Origin: an uncultured Bacilli bacterium | Lineage (GTDB): Bacteria > Bacillota_I > Bacilli_A > RFN20 > CAG-826 | Direction: 5' to 3' | DNA: 64,000 nucleotides | NCBI GenBank assembly: GCA_905235515.1 | Contig: CAJOLV010000002.1 | Coordinates: 21,924 to 85,923, forward strand | Shown here: positions 48,332 to 57,494 of the stretch, piece by piece | Position numbering within the stretch: the stretch's first letter is position 1 | Layout: each line of letters starts with the position of its first letter | The notes under the pieces: model-generated | Database searches by the model: none | The model's input: only the letters and a program-made list of their open reading frames with translations | Told to the model about the DNA's origin: nothing | Program-made: the position numbers and the translations under genes

Positions 48332-48772
48332 CTAGTCAAGTAAACTATAAAAATTAACTTTAACTTTATCTTCAGATATTTCGACTATCGAATAGGATAA
48401 TTCATGGCCATCTCTAGAAAAAGAAATTGCTCCAGGATTGATATAGATAATTCCATTTATTTCTTCATATTTTCTTCGATGAGTGTGGCCATAAACAAAT
48501 ATCCTTACCTTATATTCTTTAATAATATTAACTGGTGGCTCTGGTCGATGTTGCATTAGTAACGTTCCATATGGTGTGTGAAGAATTCTTCTTTCTGGTA
48601 AGTCAGAAAAATAATCACAATTGCCTCTCACACAATCAAAAGGGCGAATCGATTGAGCGTCCGCTTCTAAGTCTCCAGCGTGTAAATACAAATCCATATT
48701 CGGATATTTCTTTAATAGTTCATCAAGTGCAGCAGAATTGCCATGGCTATCTGAGACAATTAATAGTTTCAT
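48332..48772 (-). CDS. YfcE-type metallophosphoesterase
   Basis: LIVSDSHGN, GD, GNCD and GHTH calcineurin-like motifs. Confidence 0.8.
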   Translation of the reverse strand: MKLLIVSDSHGNSAALDELLKKYPNMDLYLHAGDLEADAQSIRPFDCVRGNCDYFSDLPERRILHTPYGTLLMQHRPEPPVNIIKEYKVRIFVYGHTHRRKYEEINGIIYINPGAISFSRDGHELSYSIVEISEDKVKVNFYSLLD

Positions 48773-48829
48773 AAAATCATTCTACATTTCTTTTTCTTTT
48801 TAAGAAAGTTGTTTATAATGAGTAGGACT

Positions 48830-49768
48830 ATGGAAAAGAAAAACATTAGACTACTTTTTATGGGCACTCCAGAGATTAGTGCCAATGTGTTACGTGAAGT
48901 TATTAATGAAGGTTATAACGTCATTGGTGTTGTTGCTCAACCAGATCGCCCCATTGGACGTAAAGGTGAGCTTTTAAAAGTGCCAACAAAAGTGGTCGCA
49001 GAACAATATAATATTCCAGTATTTCAGCCTGTTAAAATCCGTAAGGACTATGAATTCATAAAAGAACTTAAACCTGACCTCATTTTAACTATTGCATATG
49101 GTCAGATTGTGCCACAAGGGTTGCTCGATATCCCACAATACGGTTGTTTAAATCTCCATGGTTCTTTATTACCTAAATATCGTGGAGCGGCTCCTATTCA
49201 ATACGCTCTTATTAATAACGAGAAAGTGTCTGGTATGACTCTTATGGAAATGATTGATAAAATGGATGCCGGCAAGATGTACGCAAAACAAGAAGTCATC
49301 ATAGATGAAGAAGATAATTCAACCTCATTATTTATCAAAATGGGAGATGCTGCTTGTGCATTAATAAAAAATGCTTTACCACAATATTTAGAAGGCAAAT
49401 TAGTGGGAGAAGAACAAGACGAAAATCTCGTCACATTCTGCCCAACAATTAAACCTGAACAAGAAAAGTTAAATCTTCAATTAAGCATTAAAGAACTATT
49501 TGGTTGGATTAGAGGATTATCCGACACACCAGGAGCCTATCTCTACTTAAATGAGACTAAATTAAAGATATATAAAGCTAAAGTATTCTCTAATAGTGTT
49601 GAAGGACAAATAGGGGAGATTGTTAAAGCAGATAAAGGTGGCCTAATTCTTCAATGCAAAGATGGGCAACTCTCATTATTAGAGCTGCAAAAAGAGGGTA
49701 AAAAACGAATGGATTTTAAGTCGTTTATTAACGGCAATCAAAATCTACAAGGAAAAATCTTAAAATAA
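48830..49768 (+). CDS. fmt: Methionyl-tRNA formyltransferase
   Basis: LLFMGTPEIS N-terminus and HGSLLPKYRGAAPIQ active-site motif. I set the start at ATG 48830 because ORF-track ATG 48815 lies inside the likely TATAAT -10. Confidence 0.9.
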   Translation: MEKKNIRLLFMGTPEISANVLREVINEGYNVIGVVAQPDRPIGRKGELLKVPTKVVAEQYNIPVFQPVKIRKDYEFIKELKPDLILTIAYGQIVPQGLLDIPQYGCLNLHGSLLPKYRGAAPIQYALINNEKVSGMTLMEMIDKMDAGKMYAKQEVIIDEEDNSTSLFIKMGDAACALIKNALPQYLEGKLVGEEQDENLVTFCPTIKPEQEKLNLQLSIKELFGWIRGLSDTPGAYLYLNETKLKIYKAKVFSNSVEGQIGEIVKADKGGLILQCKDGQLSLLELQKEGKKRMDFKSFINGNQNLQGKILK

Positions 49769-49792
49769 CACTAGTTATTGCTAGTGTTTTTT
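49767..49792 (+). terminator. Rho-independent terminator after fmt
   Basis: AACACTAG-ttattg-CTAGTGTT followed by TTTTT. Confidence 0.65.
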
Positions 49793-49806
49793 AATACAAT
49801 TGAGAC

Positions 49807-52149
49807 ATGGTCAAAGAATTAACTTTATCCGTGCACCAATTAGTCGATTTCTTATTAAGAACTGGCGATATTGATAATCGTTTTTTTAATGCTTCAACAA
49901 TGAGTGAAGGAAGTCGAATTCACTCATCATATCAATCTAGTCAAGGTGAAGACTATTTTAGCGAATATCCTCTTAAGAGGATTATCGAAATCAATAATGT
50001 CACTATTACTTTAGAGGGGAGAGCGGATGGTATCATCAAAAAGAAGTCTGGCGATTATATGATTGATGAGATTAAATCGACCACTATGGATTTGCAACAA
50101 TTCCGCTCAGAAAATATCGATTGGCATTTAGGGCAAGCAAAATGTTATGCCTACATGTTTGCCTATGAACAAAAACTTGATAGTGTCGATATCCGCTTAG
50201 TTTATATCCGTCAGGGAAAAGAAAAAGAAAGATTTAACGATTATTATCATTGTTCTTTTGAAGAACTAGAAGATTATGTTAAGAATCTATTATTAGATTA
50301 TCTCGCATTTTTTGATATAGTAGATGCTTCTCGACAAAAAAGAGATGAATCAATCAAGCAATTACAATTCCCGTTTGAAACATATCGTAAAGGGCAAAGA
50401 GAATTAGCAAAATATGCCTATTCGATTGCTAAAAATGGTGGTCGATTATTTGTGGAAGCTCCAACCGGCATTGGTAAAACTATGTCGACTTTGTTCCCGT
50501 TTATCAAATCAATTGGAGAAGATGAACAAAGTAAAATCTTCTATTTAACTGCAAAATCCTCAGGTAAAGAGGCAGCCTATAACGCAGTTGAATTATTAAA
50601 AAATAATTCTGGATTAGTAATTAATGATATAGTTGTCACCGCTAAAGATAAGATTTGTTTTTGTAAGGACTCAGCGTGTAATCCAGATGAATGTCCATTT
50701 GCCAAAGGCTATTATTCTAAAATTCAAGGAGTGCTTCATTACTCATTAATGAATTATTCGACCTTTGATTTTGACACAATTATTGAAATTGCTAATGAGA
50801 ATATGATTTGCCCATTTGAATTAGAATTAGACTTATCCCTTTTTTGTGATGTGATTATTTGTGATTACAATTATTTATTTGATCCATTATCACACATGAA
50901 GAGATATTTTGATGAAGATGCCAGTCATTATCTCGCTTTAATTGATGAGGCCCATAACCTTGTTGATCGCAGTAAAGATATGTACAGCGCTTCAATCACT
51001 TTTAATAAATTAAAAGAAGCCAGAAAATCTCTTAGACCAGTTAAGACTCCAAAGATTAAAAGACATTTAGGCAAAATTAAAGAAATCTTTGATGGTTTAA
51101 TTGATGAATATGAAATGGGTGAGACAATCTTTGATACATTAACCCTTGAACAATATAAAGTATTCATAGCTTTTTTAGATGCTTATATTGATGTTTCTAA
51201 AGAACACCATGAAGACATCAGCAAAGAATTAACAGATTTCTATTTAGAAATGAACCGCTTTATGCGTTTATATGAAATATATGATGGAGAAATCTTTCGA
51301 TTATATGTCAATAAAGAATTAGAAAGCGTTTCAATTAATATATATTGCATCGATGCTTCAGCTTTCTTAAGAAGTTCTATAGAACAATTAAAAGGCGCGG
51401 TCTATTTTTCGGCGACTTTATCGCCAATTAATTATTACATTGATACATTAGGAGGAAGAGAAGAGGAAGATGGTTCTTTGCTTTTGCCATCTCCATTTCC
51501 AAAAAAGAACTTTAAATTAATTGTTGCTCCTAAAGTATCGATTAAATACGTGAATAGAGAAACAACCTATTCTGTTGTCGCGGATTATATCAAAGAATTT
51601 GTTACCAATAAAATTGGTAATTACTTCATTTATTCTCCAAGTTACGAATATATGTATCGCCTTTTACAATGGATTGATTTAGATGATGATATATATGTGC
51701 AAAGTAGAGAGATGAGTGAAAAAGATAAAATCCTTTTCTTAAATAATTTTTCCGCTAATCCGACTAAGACATCAGTAGGATTTCTCGTTTTGGGTGGCGC
51801 CTTTGGTGAAGGCATCGACTTAATCTCTGACCGCCTTATTGGTGCGGTAATAATCGGTATTGGTTTACCAAAGATTAATTTTCAAAGTAATTTAATCGCT
51901 GATTATTACAAAGAAAAAGGTTTGAAAGGGCATGATTATGCCTACACAAACCCTGGCATGAATAAAGTCATGCAAGCGGTTGGGCGCGTTATACGTAGCG
52001 AAACCGATAAAGGAGCTGCTTTATTAATTGATGAAAGATTCTTATATCGCAATTATCAAGAACTATTTAGGAGTGAATGGAAAGATTATGATGTGGTATT
52101 AGAACCAGGACAAGTCGGTGAAATATTACAAAAGTTTTTCAATAAATAA
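49807..52149 (+). CDS. Fusion of an N-terminal Cas4/RecB-like PD-(D/E)xK nuclease domain with an Fe-S XPD/DinG-type SF2 helicase
   Basis: The N-terminal ~170 aa carry GRADGI (motif II D), IDEIKST (ExK) and GQAKCYAY (QxxxY). The helicase part has Walker A EAPTGIGKT, a four-Cys cluster CFCKDSACNPDECPF between Walker A and the DEAH box (DEAHNL), and a helicase C-terminal domain. Confidence 0.7.
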   Translation: MVKELTLSVHQLVDFLLRTGDIDNRFFNASTMSEGSRIHSSYQSSQGEDYFSEYPLKRIIEINNVTITLEGRADGIIKKKSGDYMIDEIKSTTMDLQQFRSENIDWHLGQAKCYAYMFAYEQKLDSVDIRLVYIRQGKEKERFNDYYHCSFEELEDYVKNLLLDYLAFFDIVDASRQKRDESIKQLQFPFETYRKGQRELAKYAYSIAKNGGRLFVEAPTGIGKTMSTLFPFIKSIGEDEQSKIFYLTAKSSGKEAAYNAVELLKNNSGLVINDIVVTAKDKICFCKDSACNPDECPFAKGYYSKIQGVLHYSLMNYSTFDFDTIIEIANENMICPFELELDLSLFCDVIICDYNYLFDPLSHMKRYFDEDASHYLALIDEAHNLVDRSKDMYSASITFNKLKEARKSLRPVKTPKIKRHLGKIKEIFDGLIDEYEMGETIFDTLTLEQYKVFIAFLDAYIDVSKEHHEDISKELTDFYLEMNRFMRLYEIYDGEIFRLYVNKELESVSINIYCIDASAFLRSSIEQLKGAVYFSATLSPINYYIDTLGGREEEDGSLLLPSPFPKKNFKLIVAPKVSIKYVNRETTYSVVADYIKEFVTNKIGNYFIYSPSYEYMYRLLQWIDLDDDIYVQSREMSEKDKILFLNNFSANPTKTSVGFLVLGGAFGEGIDLISDRLIGAVIIGIGLPKINFQSNLIADYYKEKGLKGHDYAYTNPGMNKVMQAVGRVIRSETDKGAALLIDERFLYRNYQELFRSEWKDYDVVLEPGQVGEILQKFFNK

Positions 52150-52176
52150 CATTTATGTTAAAATACAAAGCGTTTT

Positions 52177-53991
52177 ATGGAATTTAAGAAAGATAAAATT
52201 AGAAATTTCTCAATCATCGCTCATATTGATCACGGTAAGTCCACATTAGCAGACCGTATTTTAGAAAGCACAGGAGCGATTGAATCCCGTGAGATGAAAG
52301 ATCAAATTCTCGACTCCATGGATTTAGAAAGAGAAAGAGGCATCACCATTAAATTAAATGCGGCGACTTTTTCTTATCACGCTGATGATGGTGAAGATTA
52401 TATCTTTAACTTGATTGACACTCCAGGGCATGTTGACTTTACTTACGAAGTAAGTAGAAGTTTAGCAGCGTGCGAAGGCGCGCTTTTGGTCGTAGACGCC
52501 ACGCAAGGCGTAGAAGCACAAACGCTCGCTAATACATATTTAGCTGTTGATAACGATTTAATGATTTTACCAGTCATTAATAAAGTGGATTTGCCGTCTG
52601 CTCGTCCAGATGTTGTTAAAAAAGAAATTGAAGATCGTATTGGTATTTCTTGTACAGATGCTTTGGAGGTAAGCGCTAAGACTGGTCAAGGCGTTCATCA
52701 ATTATTAGAAGCAATAGTGAGAGATATTCCTTCTCCAGAAGGTGATAAATCCGCTCCATTACAAGCTTTAATATTTGATAGTTATTACGACCCATATCGT
52801 GGTGTTATTATTCTTGTAAGAATAAAAGAAGGAACAGTATCCGTCGGTGACACTATTAGATTGATGCAAGCAGGAAAAGAATATCTCGTTACAGAATTAG
52901 GTATTAGAACCCCAGCGGAAGTAAAAGTTAATTCATTGAGTGTAGGCCAAGTTGGTTATATATGCGCACAAATTAAAGATATTCGTGATGTTCATCCAGG
53001 TGACACTGTTACATTAGTAAAAAATCCTGCTAATTGCCCGTTACCAGGTTATAAGATTATGAATCCAATGGTGTTCTGTGGTTTATATCCTGTCGATAGT
53101 GATGATTATTTAAACCTAAAAGATGCATTAGAAAAGCTCACTCTTAATGATGCATCATTACAATTTGTTGCTGAAACTAGCCAAGCCTTAGGCTTTGGCT
53201 TTAGATGTGGCTTCCTTGGATTGCTCCATATGGACATTATTCAAGAGAGATTAGAAAGAGAATATAATCTTAACCTCATTTTGACCGCTCCAAGCGTTAT
53301 TTATAAAGTTCATATGACCGATGGAACAGTAATTGACTTAGATAACCCATCAAAGATGCCAGAAGCCAGCAAAGTGGCCTTTATAGAAGAACCCTATGTA
53401 AAAGCCTCAATCATGACTCCTAGGGAGTATGTCGGACCAATCATGGAACTTTGCCAAGAAAGACGTGGCATTTATGAAAATCTAGAATATTTTGATGATA
53501 CAAGAATGATTATGACCTACGAACTTCCATTATCGGAAATTGTTTACAATTTCTTTGATAAATTAAAAAGTTACACAAAGGGATACGCCTCATTTGATTA
53601 TGAATACTCTTCATATAAGAAGGGTGATCTTGCTAAACTTGATGTTCTATTAAATGGCACAGTCGTGGATGCTTTAAGTAGCATCATCTATCGCCCAGAC
53701 GGATATCATAGAGGTTTAGGGGTAATTCGTAGAATTAAACAAGTTATACCTCGCCAACAATTTGAAATTCCAATCCAAGCCGCGATTGGTGGTAAAGTTG
53801 TTGCTAGATGTGATGTCAAAGCTGTTAGAAAAGACGTCCTCGCTAAGTGTTACGGTGGTGATATCAGCCGTAAGAAAAAACTCTTAGAAAAACAAAAAGA
53901 GGGTAAGAAAAGAATGAAGAAAGTTGGTAGTGTTGAAGTACCACAAGAAGCATTCATGTCAATTTTAAAAATTGACGAAGAAGAGGATTAG
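52177..53991 (+). CDS. lepA: Elongation factor 4 (LepA)
   Basis: [28 protein letters not shown] and the LepA-specific C-terminal domain. Confidence 0.95.
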   Translation: MEFKKDKIRNFSIIAHIDHGKSTLADRILESTGAIESREMKDQILDSMDLERERGITIKLNAATFSYHADDGEDYIFNLIDTPGHVDFTYEVSRSLAACEGALLVVDATQGVEAQTLANTYLAVDNDLMILPVINKVDLPSARPDVVKKEIEDRIGISCTDALEVSAKTGQGVHQLLEAIVRDIPSPEGDKSAPLQALIFDSYYDPYRGVIILVRIKEGTVSVGDTIRLMQAGKEYLVTELGIRTPAEVKVNSLSVGQVGYICAQIKDIRDVHPGDTVTLVKNPANCPLPGYKIMNPMVFCGLYPVDSDDYLNLKDALEKLTLNDASLQFVAETSQALGFGFRCGFLGLLHMDIIQERLEREYNLNLILTAPSVIYKVHMTDGTVIDLDNPSKMPEASKVAFIEEPYVKASIMTPREYVGPIMELCQERRGIYENLEYFDDTRMIMTYELPLSEIVYNFFDKLKSYTKGYASFDYEYSSYKKGDLAKLDVLLNGTVVDALSSIIYRPDGYHRGLGVIRRIKQVIPRQQFEIPIQAAIGGKVVARCDVKAVRKDVLAKCYGGDISRKKKLLEKQKEGKKRMKKVGSVEVPQEAFMSILKIDEEED

Positions 53992-54086
53992 TAGTTTTTT
54001 TGGTATAAAATTAGTAGTTTTTCAATTCCTCGTTGAAAAGTTTGAATTATATTCATATAATAATTTTAGAAACGAGGATTTTAATT

Positions 54087-55568
54087 ATGGCGAATAATGA
54101 ACTGGCGATTCGTTTTACCGAAGAAACTTATGCGACCAAAGCAGATGTGAGCCGTGAACTTGGTTTAACTCTTGTTGATAATATTTGGTCCAATATTTTA
54201 AAGTACAGAAGTACTTATTATCGTTACCTATCTTTAAAGAGTATTGATAAAAATCAATTAATGGTCTGCTATTGCCAATCTTTAAGTGGCACTCTTAATA
54301 ATATGGATGCCAAATTGCTGAAGCAAATGGGTGATTACATCAAACTCAATAGGATGAATGGTGATTTATCCCACTTTGAAGATATGTGTGTGATTAAATC
54401 TTTAGGCTATATTGCTGAGAAGAATCACATTGAAATATCAGAATCTAGATTGAGAAGTTTAATTCAAGGTGACTTACATGATTTTTCTTTAGATAAAAGA
54501 ATCTTTAAACGCTATGCTGATTCCTTAATTTTCATTAGAGATAATTATTCAAGAACTATTGATATCGACTTTTTAGCGGATATGTATTCTGTATTTACAG
54601 AAAATCCAGAATTGACCAGCTTCTACCGTACTAGCGAAGATAAAAACCCACTTAATAGAGTTCTCATCGATCGCATTTATTCCTCGGCTCCTGTTTATTT
54701 AATCGAACCTTTGATGAATCAATTATTCTTATTCATCTCAACATCTACTTTGACAAGTGTTGTCAAATCAATTATTGCATATTACTTTGTAAATTATGTG
54801 AGACCATTCCCACAAAATAATGAAGAAATCGCAATGTTATTAATGAAAGCGGTTTTAGCAAATGGTTCTCTTTCTGAATTTGGTGCCTTTGTACCATTAG
54901 AAAACTTATTAGTCCTCAATCAAGATGGATTCTCTAAAGTTTGTATCGAAGTACAAAAGACTAATGACCTTACATACTTCATTAATTACATCTTAAAAGC
55001 GATGGATTCTTCATTAGAAGATATTGCTGATATTAAAGCAATGCATACTTCTGAAATTCTCCGTAATGATTTCTATAAAGAAGAAACTCCAGTAGCGCCA
55101 GTCGTGGAACCAGCTCCAGCACCAACCCCTGTTCAAACAGTGGTTATTGAACAACCTGCTCCAGCTCCAGCGACACCAGCGCCACAACAAGTTGTGGTTC
55201 AAATCCAACCAGTTGCTGCCCCAACTCCAGCGCCTGCACCAGCGCCAGCTACAGAACCTCAATCTGCACCAGCACCAATGAGTCATGAGCTTGCGTTTAC
55301 ACAAATCCCACAAGTGCTTGATGAAAAAGCGGCAGCGAGATTAGAAGAACATTTATTAGAAATGGATCCAGCTTTAAAGAAAGGTGAAGCGCGTTTCTAT
55401 GCTAGACATTGTACAATGCATATGAATTATACAATTCAACAATATAAGAAAGCCCTTGGATGTGCTTATGAAACAGCAAGAACATCTATGGAACATCTCG
55501 TGGAATTGCATTATTATGAAAAAGCACAAATTAAAAATAAATTTGTCTACACACCAATCAAAAAATAG
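54087..55568 (+). CDS. Fic-fold protein with degenerate active-site motif, Pro/Ala-rich linker and C-terminal winged-helix-like domain
   Basis: VRPFPQNNEEIAMLL aligns position by position with Fic IHPFxDGNGRTGRLL but lacks the His, Asp, Gly and Arg. A PAPAPTP... linker follows. I set the start at ATG 54087, 6 nt after a GAGGA SD. Confidence 0.5.
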   Translation: MANNELAIRFTEETYATKADVSRELGLTLVDNIWSNILKYRSTYYRYLSLKSIDKNQLMVCYCQSLSGTLNNMDAKLLKQMGDYIKLNRMNGDLSHFEDMCVIKSLGYIAEKNHIEISESRLRSLIQGDLHDFSLDKRIFKRYADSLIFIRDNYSRTIDIDFLADMYSVFTENPELTSFYRTSEDKNPLNRVLIDRIYSSAPVYLIEPLMNQLFLFISTSTLTSVVKSIIAYYFVNYVRPFPQNNEEIAMLLMKAVLANGSLSEFGAFVPLENLLVLNQDGFSKVCIEVQKTNDLTYFINYILKAMDSSLEDIADIKAMHTSEILRNDFYKEETPVAPVVEPAPAPTPVQTVVIEQPAPAPATPAPQQVVVQIQPVAAPTPAPAPAPATEPQSAPAPMSHELAFTQIPQVLDEKAAARLEEHLLEMDPALKKGEARFYARHCTMHMNYTIQQYKKALGCAYETARTSMEHLVELHYYEKAQIKNKFVYTPIKK

Positions 55569-55583
55569 GAGGACGAAACATTT

Positions 55584-55826
55584 ATGATTTTAGAAAGTAA
55601 CCTTAGTGGACTTATTACATTCATTGTTATCATCGTTGTCGCAGCCTTAATCGCTGTGACTGCCTTTGTGATTCATCGTTTTCTCCATCCAAAATTGAAA
55701 AGTGACAATGAAAAACCATCCGAAGAAGAGATTATGAAAGAGGAACTTGATAGAGTTCTTCAACCAATCGATGATGAAAAAACAGCGGCAGAAGTGAACG
55801 CATATAAGGATGAAGAAAATGACTAA
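55584..55826 (+). CDS. Small single-pass membrane protein with acidic tail (80 aa)
   Basis: One hydrophobic helix (LITFIVIIVVAALIAVTAFVI), a GGAGG SD 8 nt upstream, and a 15-nt gap from the preceding gene. Confidence 0.45.
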   Translation: MILESNLSGLITFIVIIVVAALIAVTAFVIHRFLHPKLKSDNEKPSEEEIMKEELDRVLQPIDDEKTAAEVNAYKDEEND

Positions 55827-56334
55827 AGAAGAAGCCATAAAATTAAGCGAAAAGTGGAAAGCCGATAGTGCCTATCTCTTAGATGAAAGTGGTTGTTTTC
55901 CTTTAACTCTCCATATGCCTATCGATTTTATCGATAAGTGCAAAGAATTAGTCAAAAGAGATAATACATCTTTTGAAATATTAATGATGAACGCTCAATA
56001 TGCTTTATTACTTAAATTAGATATTGGCAATATCATTCCAGAAGATGAATTCAATGTCAAAAACGCTAAATCAATGGTGGAGCATTGGGAAAAAGTGAGC
56101 AAATATAACAGTCAAGACTTAATCCCGGTGCAAGTTGTGACAGATCCTGATGAAGTGAGAATTATCGCATCATTATTCAAAGTCTATCGCCATTTAGAAA
56201 ATAAAGACCTTTCTGTAGAGGACCTCTATTTAGAATATTTAAAAGCTTATTTAGAAACTGACCTTAAAACACTCATAGCGAGCCAAGAAGAGGTTTATGA
56301 AGAATTAGATGAAGACTTTAAAAAACAATTCTAA
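55819..56334 (+). CDS. Hypothetical protein (about 172 aa), translationally coupled between the small TM protein and hemW
   Basis: The ORF overlaps the upstream gene by 8 nt and the hemW start by 26 nt. I recognise no family. Confidence 0.5.
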   Translation: MTKEEAIKLSEKWKADSAYLLDESGCFPLTLHMPIDFIDKCKELVKRDNTSFEILMMNAQYALLLKLDIGNIIPEDEFNVKNAKSMVEHWEKVSKYNSQDLIPVQVVTDPDEVRIIASLFKVYRHLENKDLSVEDLYLEYLKAYLETDLKTLIASQEEVYEELDEDFKKQF

Positions 56335-57415
56335 AGCTCTTTATATCCATATTCCGTTTTGCGAACACTTATGTGATTACTGCGACTTTACCAAGCTGCA
56401 GTATTTTACTATATTTGCAAAACCATATTTAAAAAAACTCAAAGAAGAATTAGAGAGTTATCAAATTGGTCAATTAGAGACAATTTATGTCGGTGGTGGA
56501 ACTCCAACAGCTCTAGAAGATGACTTATTTGAAGAATTATTAGAAATCATTAAACCATACTCAAAAGGAGTAAAAGAATATACATTTGAATGTAATCCTG
56601 AATCTTTAAGCGATTATAAACTTTCTAAAATGAAAGAATATGGAGTTAATCGCTTATCCATCGGAGTGGAATCCACAAATAATGAGATTTTAAAATCAAT
56701 CAATCGTCATCATACTTTTGAAGATGTGAAAACCGCTACATTAAGGGCTAAAACATATGGCCAGGATAATATCAATGTCGATCTCATATTGGGCCTCCCG
56801 GGGGCCAATTTAGAGCAACTAAAGCAAGATTTGGATAATGTATTATCCCTCGGAATATCACATTTATCATGTTATTCATTAACTGTTCATCCAAATACAG
56901 TCTTTTATCTCAAACATATTCCAGAGCCACTTAGTGATCAAAGTCGTGAACTATATGACTATGTACATAAGGTCTTAAATGAGCGTGGCTTTATTCATTA
57001 TGAAGTATCAAACTGGGCGTTGCCAGGAAAAGAAAGTCAACACAATTTAGTCTATTGGAAAAATGAAGAATACTTTGGTGTGGGATTAGGCGCATCTGGT
57101 TATTTAGGAAATATCCATTACACGAACAGCAAAAGTGTCACTGAATATCTTAAAGGGAAGACGAGAGATATTGAGGAAGTAGTAACCAAACAAGATGATA
57201 TTGAATATCAAATCATGCTTAATTTAAGAACAATATATGGCCTAGATTTAAATCAATTTAAGAACAAATTCGGATATGATTTATCTAATGTCAAAGAAAA
57301 AGAAATAGCTAGATTGATAGAAAATAAATTGCTTTTTAAACAAGACAATAGACTCATACCAACTTACGAAGGGATGATGGTGTTAGATTCAATAATTCTA
57401 GATTTAATTTATTGA
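56309..57415 (+). CDS. hemW: Radical SAM heme chaperone HemW (HemN-like, oxygen-independent coproporphyrinogen-III oxidase-like)
   Basis: CxxxCxxC radical SAM motif (FCEHLCDYCDF) plus a HemN C-terminal domain, in the usual position downstream of lepA. Confidence 0.8.
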   Translation: MKTLKNNSKALYIHIPFCEHLCDYCDFTKLQYFTIFAKPYLKKLKEELESYQIGQLETIYVGGGTPTALEDDLFEELLEIIKPYSKGVKEYTFECNPESLSDYKLSKMKEYGVNRLSIGVESTNNEILKSINRHHTFEDVKTATLRAKTYGQDNINVDLILGLPGANLEQLKQDLDNVLSLGISHLSCYSLTVHPNTVFYLKHIPEPLSDQSRELYDYVHKVLNERGFIHYEVSNWALPGKESQHNLVYWKNEEYFGVGLGASGYLGNIHYTNSKSVTEYLKGKTRDIEEVVTKQDDIEYQIMLNLRTIYGLDLNQFKNKFGYDLSNVKEKEIARLIENKLLFKQDNRLIPTYEGMMVLDSIILDLIY

Positions 57416-57436
57416 GATGGGCTACCATCTTTTTAA
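57413..57436 (+). terminator. Rho-independent terminator after hemW
   Basis: AGATGG-gcta-CCATCT followed by TTTTT. Confidence 0.6.
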
Positions 57437-57494
57437 ATACTTTTAATTGTATTTATGGATTTTTACTCTCTAATTTGCAATAATAATTACACAT

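Noticed and set aside
55014-55313. W/R/C-rich 99-aa minus-strand ORF.
   Set aside because: It is an antisense reading of the GC-rich CCAGC(A/T)CC repeats encoding the Pro/Ala linker of the Fic-like protein.
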